DNA of 63,287 nt, the filler included, from Aduncisulcus paluster (Eukaryota), in the NCBI GenBank assembly GCA_024181965.1. It is 5 parts of 5 records of this genome, joined end to end, with 100 filler letters (N's around TTAATTAATTAA, not from the genome) between each part and the next. Parts side by side here need not be neighbours in the genome. Positions count along the whole stretch, not along the records: positions 56,884 to 63,287 come from BQXS01010009.1; 4 more parts are not named here. One strand, 5' to 3'. This document shows positions 57,372 through 63,287 of this stretch, piece by piece. Every line of letters starts with the position of its first letter. The stretch's first letter is position 1. Both the position numbers and the translations under genes were made by a program. A model generated the notes under the pieces. The model was not told the DNA's origin. It did not search any database and saw only the letters and a list, made by a program, of their open reading frames with translations.

Positions 57372-60110
57372 ATGGGAGATCTTGAACAGACAATCATATT
57401 AAAACAAAGAGATGCATTGATTACAAAGCTTGCTGCACAGAACAGCCAGATATCCTCTCTTCAAAGTGATTTAGAGTTAGAAAAAGAAGAAAAATCCAAA
57501 TTAATAGGCTTATTATTTGAACACTTCTCATATGTTTGTGATAATATTAAAGCATCTACCGCATTATCCACTCCCTCTAAAACCCCTAAAGAATTAGTTG
57601 ATTTTTTGAGTCGTGCTGATATTTCAACATGTGATGGTGCGAATGTTCTTGTTAAAAGTATCCATAGATTGTCAGGATTATTATATGAAAGTAAGAAGCA
57701 TTTTGAGTCTGTACCTGTTAAAGATGAAGAAGAAGAAACTAAACCAGTGAATCTTGATGCCCCCAAGGAAGAAGAATCCTTGGTGAAGAAAGAGGAAGAG
57801 GAAGATCACAAGGAAAGCAAGGAAGCTCAACCAGAAGTTGTATCTAAGCCTATTCCAGCATTCATTTATTGCCCCAATTTGTCTCCTGCAGGTCACCTTG
57901 CATCTGTTTGTGAAGACATTAAGCTTGCTCGTCGTGAAACACAACGTCGTGTCATTGATCGTGAAGTTGATGAAAGGGCCTTTGTTTCTCAGATAAAATC
58001 ACTTGAAGAGAAGGTGAAGACTCTTGAAGAAGAGAATGAAACTCTTAAGAAGAACCAATCATCCGGCGTAGCTGCCTCTTCCTCTTCCTCCACTTCTGTT
58101 CATTCTTCTGCAAGCGATTCTGCTTCCACTGTAGCTCCATCCAAGCGTAGATCTGCTGCCATCCCTTTATCATCAGCCCATTCCACCCGCAAAGAACTTA
58201 CGATGGATGATATCTCGGCCATAACTGCTGAGAATGGTAAAGTCAAGGCAGAGGCCTCAAACCTTCGTAGAAAGATGGAAAAACAACGTGAAGCTATTGG
58301 TCGTCTCAGTGACCGTCTTGACTTTGAACTTAAGAAGTTTAAAGCTGTCGTGGATGTATTTGAGTCTTCTGGTATGCCCGAACCCTCCATTGCTTCTATC
58401 AACTCTCTTTCTGCGATCATTAACCCTTCATATTTCCAATCTCCTGGCAACCCTGTGACTGCCGACGGAGCGAGCAGCTCTACTGTCATCACACCTGGCC
58501 ATCTGTCTGCTTCCTCGTCCTCTGCTGCGTCTCTAGTGTCTGGCAGTGAAGCTGGTGTCGATGGGTCTTCATCTCTCCAGCACAACTCCCACCACCATCA
58601 TGTATCGATCGGAGCCTCCTCTTCCTCTGCCTCTTCCTCTGCCTCAGGTACTACTACAAGCACCAGTGTTGAATCTATTGCACAAGCAGCCATGTCGTCT
58701 TCTGTACAATCACAATTGTTTAATCCAGCCATGATGGCAACCATTAGTCCCCATCTAAGGACTATATCTTCCTTTATTGAAGGCAAGAACAACACTATCG
58801 ACACCTTGAAGAAGAAACTGTTGGCCACCGATGATACTATAGATGGACTTGAGAAAGAGATAGCCGTCATGAAGAACTTTGCTGACGAGAGACGTAAGGC
58901 AAGCTCAGATCTCGATGCTCAGCTTGTGAAATTGAGAGAAGAGATCGATGTTCATATGCAACGTGCAGTCGAGAGGGAGAAGAAGGCCACTCAAGTTATC
59001 AATGATAGTAATGCCACTGTGTGTGGAGCTGAGAAGGCCATGGAAGAGTGGAAGACTAAGTTTGAAGAGGAACATGATCTATTTTTAGCCATTGAGAAAG
59101 AATTGATGGCTGAACGTGCTAAGAACACATCTCACCATGAGCGTGTTAGTGCTCTGTTCAAGAAAGTGAGTGAGATTGGCTCCAAAGATGATGTAATGCC
59201 TGAGGATGATGTGGAAGAAGTCAGGAAAGAGACAGAAGAGGCATGGCAGGAGGTCGATGATGTTAATGAACAGTTGTCTGAGGTCCAAAAGGAGTTGAGT
59301 TCAGTGAGAGCTCTGTTAAACACCTTGAAACGCAATGATGCCATGAACAAGAGTGAGATTGCCACACTCAAGAAGAGACTAGAGCAGAAAGAATCTAGTG
59401 GAGCATTCCAAGATGGGTCTTCTTCTTCTACGACCTCTTCCGTCCTTATCGGTGCACCTATGATCGGTGGCACTCATTCTCTTGGAGGAGTCCCTGGTCA
59501 TGATCAAGGACAGTCCATCGGTGGTCACGATGTCACTTTTACTCTTAATGAGCGGATATTGGGACTTAAAGCTGCGAAAGAGACTGAAGAACATCTTGCA
59601 AAAGCTCTTGGGGAGCAATTAGAGAAGGAAAGGAGAGAGAAAGCAAAGATTGAAGAACGCTGGGCTCAGATTCGGAAAGAGAAGGCCACAGCCATTGCTG
59701 AACTCTCTGCTGCGAAGAGCACAATCGTTGGCATGTCTCAGCATCAAGATAAATCCAAGTTAATTATCCGTGATCTCGAAGTGAAGCGTGATTCCTTGTT
59801 ATCTAAATGTGCTGGGCTCAAGGGTGCACTTGACACCGTTAGAGCACTGTGGAGTGGAGCCAGTCCCGACAAAGAGATTGCTGAGCTTAAATTACTTCGT
59901 GATGAGCTGAAAGCCAATGTTTATTGTCCTCAATGTGCCCTGCGTAGTCCTCGCAATGTAGTCATATCTACTTGTGGACATACATTCTGTAATTCATGTG
60001 TTGAGGAAGTTCTCGATTCAAGATTGAGGAAATGTCCAACATGTGGAGGGAAATTCCATAAACAGGACGTCATTCCCATTTTCTTACCTATTCATGGAAA
60101 TAAACTCTGA
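57372..60110 (+). CDS. BRE1: BRE1/RNF20/RNF40-like E3 ubiquitin ligase (coiled coil plus terminal C3HC4 RING)
   Basis: First ATG at 57372; CPQCALRSPRNVVISTCGHTFCNSCVEEVLDSRLRKCPTCGGKFHKQDVIPIFL at the C-terminus, with the Bre1-type RxRKCPxC..F...D signature. Confidence 0.85.
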   Translation: MGDLEQTIILKQRDALITKLAAQNSQISSLQSDLELEKEEKSKLIGLLFEHFSYVCDNIKASTALSTPSKTPKELVDFLSRADISTCDGANVLVKSIHRLSGLLYESKKHFESVPVKDEEEETKPVNLDAPKEEESLVKKEEEEDHKESKEAQPEVVSKPIPAFIYCPNLSPAGHLASVCEDIKLARRETQRRVIDREVDERAFVSQIKSLEEKVKTLEEENETLKKNQSSGVAASSSSSTSVHSSASDSASTVAPSKRRSAAIPLSSAHSTRKELTMDDISAITAENGKVKAEASNLRRKMEKQREAIGRLSDRLDFELKKFKAVVDVFESSGMPEPSIASINSLSAIINPSYFQSPGNPVTADGASSSTVITPGHLSASSSSAASLVSGSEAGVDGSSSLQHNSHHHHVSIGASSSSASSSASGTTTSTSVESIAQAAMSSSVQSQLFNPAMMATISPHLRTISSFIEGKNNTIDTLKKKLLATDDTIDGLEKEIAVMKNFADERRKASSDLDAQLVKLREEIDVHMQRAVEREKKATQVINDSNATVCGAEKAMEEWKTKFEEEHDLFLAIEKELMAERAKNTSHHERVSALFKKVSEIGSKDDVMPEDDVEEVRKETEEAWQEVDDVNEQLSEVQKELSSVRALLNTLKRNDAMNKSEIATLKKRLEQKESSGAFQDGSSSSTTSSVLIGAPMIGGTHSLGGVPGHDQGQSIGGHDVTFTLNERILGLKAAKETEEHLAKALGEQLEKERREKAKIEERWAQIRKEKATAIAELSAAKSTIVGMSQHQDKSKLIIRDLEVKRDSLLSKCAGLKGALDTVRALWSGASPDKEIAELKLLRDELKANVYCPQCALRSPRNVVISTCGHTFCNSCVEEVLDSRLRKCPTCGGKFHKQDVIPIFLPIHGNKL

Positions 60111-60361
60111 TCATATCTGACGTGTTAGAATCGGTTTTATTTGAGATTTAAAATTAAAAATTGGAAGATATTGATTTATTTATTTTCTTTTCTTTCTCTA
60201 ATTAGTGAATTTGACTTAAGATTAAGCGATGATCATTAATATTAATATTGTCTTTTCGACACTAATGAAAAAAAAAGAATTTTATTTCCAAAACTGAGTT
60301 GCAAGAAACTATTTTGCGCAGTGGAAGCTCTATTCTCACTGTTCTAGTTTCTTTACGTTTC

Positions 60362-61708
60362 ATGCTTGCTCCCTATTTCAAGGAACATGTTGTTCGGGAG
60401 ATTATCACCTTAAAATCATACAAAGAGAAGCCTGAAAAAGAGGCCTTTTTCCATGGCTCAGATATCCTGAAGAATTTACCATGGAAGAAGGTATTTATTG
60501 ATGTTTTGGTGAAATGTGAAGGAGAGTATCCCGATACAACTAAAATAGAGTCCATTTCTGATAATGACGTAATAGATATTCTCTCCGAAATGAGTTTTGG
60601 AGTTGAACCATACTTGGATGCTTTGTCAACTTTTGCTGGCTCTCCAAAGGATTTTGAAGAAATCCTCACTGAAGAAACCACCTCATCTCTCGAGGTATTG
60701 CTTGAAATGTCCTCCAACCTATTCAAAATAACCATGGAAGATGTAAATGACGTTATTGAGTTCGAATCTCCCTCAAGTATATTTGATGCCCCTTCTTCTG
60801 GCTCTAATTCAAGAGAATTGTCGTGTACACCGATCCAAATCGGCGAAATCCGTGAGAAGCTTCGCAAGATAACATCCCAGCCATTTTACCAATGGGAACT
60901 GACTTCGATCCCTTCTGCCGAGAGGCTTACGACAGAAACTGGTGCTGAAACACATGGAAGTGGCGCAATCTATGGGCAAAGTCATGCTTTTCTTGTTCCT
61001 CCTCTGGATACTGAGACTGAATCTCATATGGAGAAGACCTACAGTGCTAAACAAGGTAGGAGCTGCAGAGATGTGGAACATTCAGCGAAAGAGGAGGAAG
61101 AGGAAGTCTCTTGTGATTCAAAAGAAAGTGAATCACCTCATTTCTCCTCTCTCTCCTCTCCTTATGCCCCTTCGAAGCCGAGGGATACCGTGTCATGTGT
61201 CCCTCGATCCTTTGATGCCACTTCGGATGGGAAAAGGAGAGTAAGTTCAAAGGAAGGATTCGACATTACTATTTGTGGGCGAGAGTATTCAATCGTGCCA
61301 AGTTCCAGTCTGGACTCTGAGTCTCCCACTGGGTCTATTTACGAGTATCTTCTCTTGATGCGAGAAAAAATGTGTCGATTGTGTGATCCCTCGTCCGATG
61401 TTACTGATGCCGAGAGAGATCGTGTTGTAGATCTTATGTATGATGCGTATTCCAATGATTACTGTTTTCTCCTCTCTGCTCTTCTCTCTGACCCAAAATC
61501 CTCTAAGATAATACAAGAGTTTATTGTTGGGGCACATGTCAAACAACATTGCCATTATGACGACTATGAACAGTGGCGTGGAGAACAGCCGGGAGCTGGA
61601 GATATAGGCAAAGACGAGGATGATCAGTTTTCTGATATTATAACTGATAGCGAAGACGAACAAGAGGATAGTAATGTATCCTTCGACGATGATTCCTCTT
61701 ATGACTAA
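60362..61708 (+). CDS. Hypothetical acidic protein (~448 aa)
   Basis: First ATG at 60362 in a long ORF; helical N- and C-terminal parts and a Ser-rich middle; no family recognised. Confidence 0.7.
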   Translation: MLAPYFKEHVVREIITLKSYKEKPEKEAFFHGSDILKNLPWKKVFIDVLVKCEGEYPDTTKIESISDNDVIDILSEMSFGVEPYLDALSTFAGSPKDFEEILTEETTSSLEVLLEMSSNLFKITMEDVNDVIEFESPSSIFDAPSSGSNSRELSCTPIQIGEIREKLRKITSQPFYQWELTSIPSAERLTTETGAETHGSGAIYGQSHAFLVPPLDTETESHMEKTYSAKQGRSCRDVEHSAKEEEEEVSCDSKESESPHFSSLSSPYAPSKPRDTVSCVPRSFDATSDGKRRVSSKEGFDITICGREYSIVPSSSLDSESPTGSIYEYLLLMREKMCRLCDPSSDVTDAERDRVVDLMYDAYSNDYCFLLSALLSDPKSSKIIQEFIVGAHVKQHCHYDDYEQWRGEQPGAGDIGKDEDDQFSDIITDSEDEQEDSNVSFDDDSSYD

Positions 61709-61799
61709 TCTCTCTTGTAGTCATTGAGGATGAATGAGTGTGGGAGTTTCCTGAGGATTATGTGAGGAATAGGAATGTCAAGAGTCCCCAAGCTCAGGT

Positions 61800-62081
61800 A
61801 TGGACAGGGAAGAGATGATTAGCCTTACAGAAGCCGAAATCTTTATTATGATTTCTGAATTGCCATTTGGAACCAGTTGGTACCTTGAACATCTCCGGTC
61901 CCTTGCCTCAGACTTGTCTCCTCGTGAGTTGATGGGCAGAGTATCCCCAGAGACATATGGCATTTCAGAAGAACAGATATATGCCATGATGGATTATCAA
62001 GACGAGCCGGATGCCCCTCGTTTTCGTATTGATGAAGAGAGAACAATCTTTGTTCTCTTCCCGGAATTGAAGGATGAATAA
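61800..62081 (+). CDS. Small hypothetical acidic protein (93 aa)
   Basis: ATG ORF with coding-like GC content and an abrupt T-rich 3' flank. Confidence 0.5.
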   Translation: MDREEMISLTEAEIFIMISELPFGTSWYLEHLRSLASDLSPRELMGRVSPETYGISEEQIYAMMDYQDEPDAPRFRIDEERTIFVLFPELKDE

Positions 62082-62317
62082 GGGAGGTATTTTGTTTTTT
62101 TTATTTATTTTATTTTCTATGAGATAATCTTGAAAAAAATGGAGCGAACGATTGTTATGGGAACATTGGCCAATGTTGTCTGTGTTCTTAGGTTCTTTAT
62201 TCCAAGACAATAGTTCAATTTGATTTGACTAGATTATCATATTAAGACAATTAAGAATAAAATTTTTCACCACGTCGTTTGTAATTATTTATCATTTTAT
62301 TACAGTCATTTTCTTTC

Positions 62318-62393
62318 GAAGGGTAAGTTTGATCTTCCGCCGAGATCGAAGCGAGCTCTCAGACTGAGTCTCGCCGACTCCCTCATTTTTGAC
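62318..62393 (+). ncRNA. Candidate small structured RNA (two hairpins plus an Sm-like site)
   Basis: GC-rich island in an AT-rich spacer: GG|GTAAGT, hairpins 62328-62350 and 62351-62374, ATTTTTG at 62385-62391. Confidence 0.3.
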
Positions 62394-62418
62394 TTCTTAC
62401 GTATAATAATAACTGTGA

Positions 62419-63287
62419 ATGATGCATTTTTCAACATTTTTTCTATGCTTTTTATTTAAATATATTCCAGTTATTCTTTTTTCTTTGTTTTTTTTCTTTT
62501 TTCAATCAGTTTGTGCTAGTACCACTGTTTCCAATCAAATTACTGTGGAATACACATATAATTATACAATGAAATCAAATTACCAATCAACTTTAGACCG
62601 TACTTTCCTTATTGCCAGTAATAATCTCCTTGGGCAAGATTCGCTCACTTCTAATCAGCTCATCTCTAATATATCTGGAACTTTATACTTTTCATATTAT
62701 CAATTAAATGAAGATACTAATAATGATTGGGAAAAATTGGAGTTAACAGTCACTTGGGCCGGTGGGACAGTTGTAATTTCTGATGATTATTTGGAGTATA
62801 GTGGGGATGGTTCTACGACATCTACCAGAACTATATCTGGCCCAACCAGTGGTGAAGTTGAAAATTTATACGTCGACTTGGAATTCAGCGCTTCCAATAC
62901 CATGTATCATTGTGTAATTACAATGATCAAACTTGTTCTTTCCTATGATGTTGTGACATGTTCTTCTGGGCTTTATGGTAGTTCTTGCCAATATGTTACC
63001 ATTTCCGATTCTAATTTGCATGCAGCGGTATGCTCTGCTCTTTCCATAAGTGATTCTTCACGTGATATTCCCTTGAACTCCTTTCAGAACCTCACATCAT
63101 TGAATGCTGCAAGCCAATCTATTACTAATCTTTCAGGGATGTCATTTGCCTCTTCTCTCACATCTTTGAATCTCTCTGGAAATGCACTTTCAACTGGATC
63201 TCTCTCTAACATCTCATCTTTGTCTTCTCTTCGGACCCTTTCGTTGAGTTCATGCACGAACTTCACAGATCCTGCAAATATTCCAAG
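62419..63287 (+). CDS. Signal-peptide-bearing leucine-rich-repeat (internalin-like) surface/secreted protein, 3'-partial
   Basis: Absent from the ORF track. MMHFSTFF...IPVILFSLFFFFFQSVCA|STT, a ~150-aa beta-rich domain, CSSGLYGSSC, cap VTISDSNLHAAVCSAL, LRRs LTSLNAASQSITNLSGM / LTSLNLSGNALS / LRTLSLSSC. Confidence 0.88.
   Translation, partial: MMHFSTFFLCFLFKYIPVILFSLFFFFFQSVCASTTVSNQITVEYTYNYTMKSNYQSTLDRTFLIASNNLLGQDSLTSNQLISNISGTLYFSYYQLNEDTNNDWEKLELTVTWAGGTVVISDDYLEYSGDGSTTSTRTISGPTSGEVENLYVDLEFSASNTMYHCVITMIKLVLSYDVVTCSSGLYGSSCQYVTISDSNLHAAVCSALSISDSSRDIPLNSFQNLTSLNAASQSITNLSGMSFASSLTSLNLSGNALSTGSLSNISSLSSLRTLSLSSCTNFTDPANIP

Noticed and set aside
1-63287. tRNA, rRNA, CRISPR arrays, transposase/RT/integrase genes
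   Set aside because: None recognised by eye; covariance-model and HMM scans would be needed to exclude divergent ones.

Overview
AT-rich, gene-dense, intron-poor eukaryotic DNA from a flagellated protist. Gene style (kinase plus giant helical repeats, internalin-like LRR protein, GTATGT introns, poly-Ser/Glu tracts) suggests a free-living fornicate/metamonad such as Aduncisulcus; this taxonomy is inference, not a search result. The window is not one locus. Four 100-nt artificial linkers (N44-TTAATTAATTAA-N44) join five contigs, and five 20-N gaps duplicate their flanks by about 170-290 nt, which splits or distorts several ORF-track entries. Recognisable genes: spliced DEAH helicase (partial), TTC25/ODAD4, NEK kinase, a 7TM GPCR-like protein, a 2174-aa kinase with four ~350-375-aa helical repeats, an acylated tandem thioredoxin-like protein, a degenerate kinesin-like protein, an ankyrin-FYVE protein, spliced PTEN, spliced APC10/DOC1, an ENTH epsin, a malic enzyme fragment, a BRE1-like RING ligase and a signal-peptide LRR protein. 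There is also a decayed eRF1 fragment. The best candidates for new biology are: (1) the kinase/giant-repeat family, with related fragments dispersed elsewhere in the window; (2) a kinesin-like protein lacking its switch motifs; (3) a GPCR-like 7TM protein; (4) a small structured element with a splice donor and an Sm-like site; (5) an APC10 without its IR tail.
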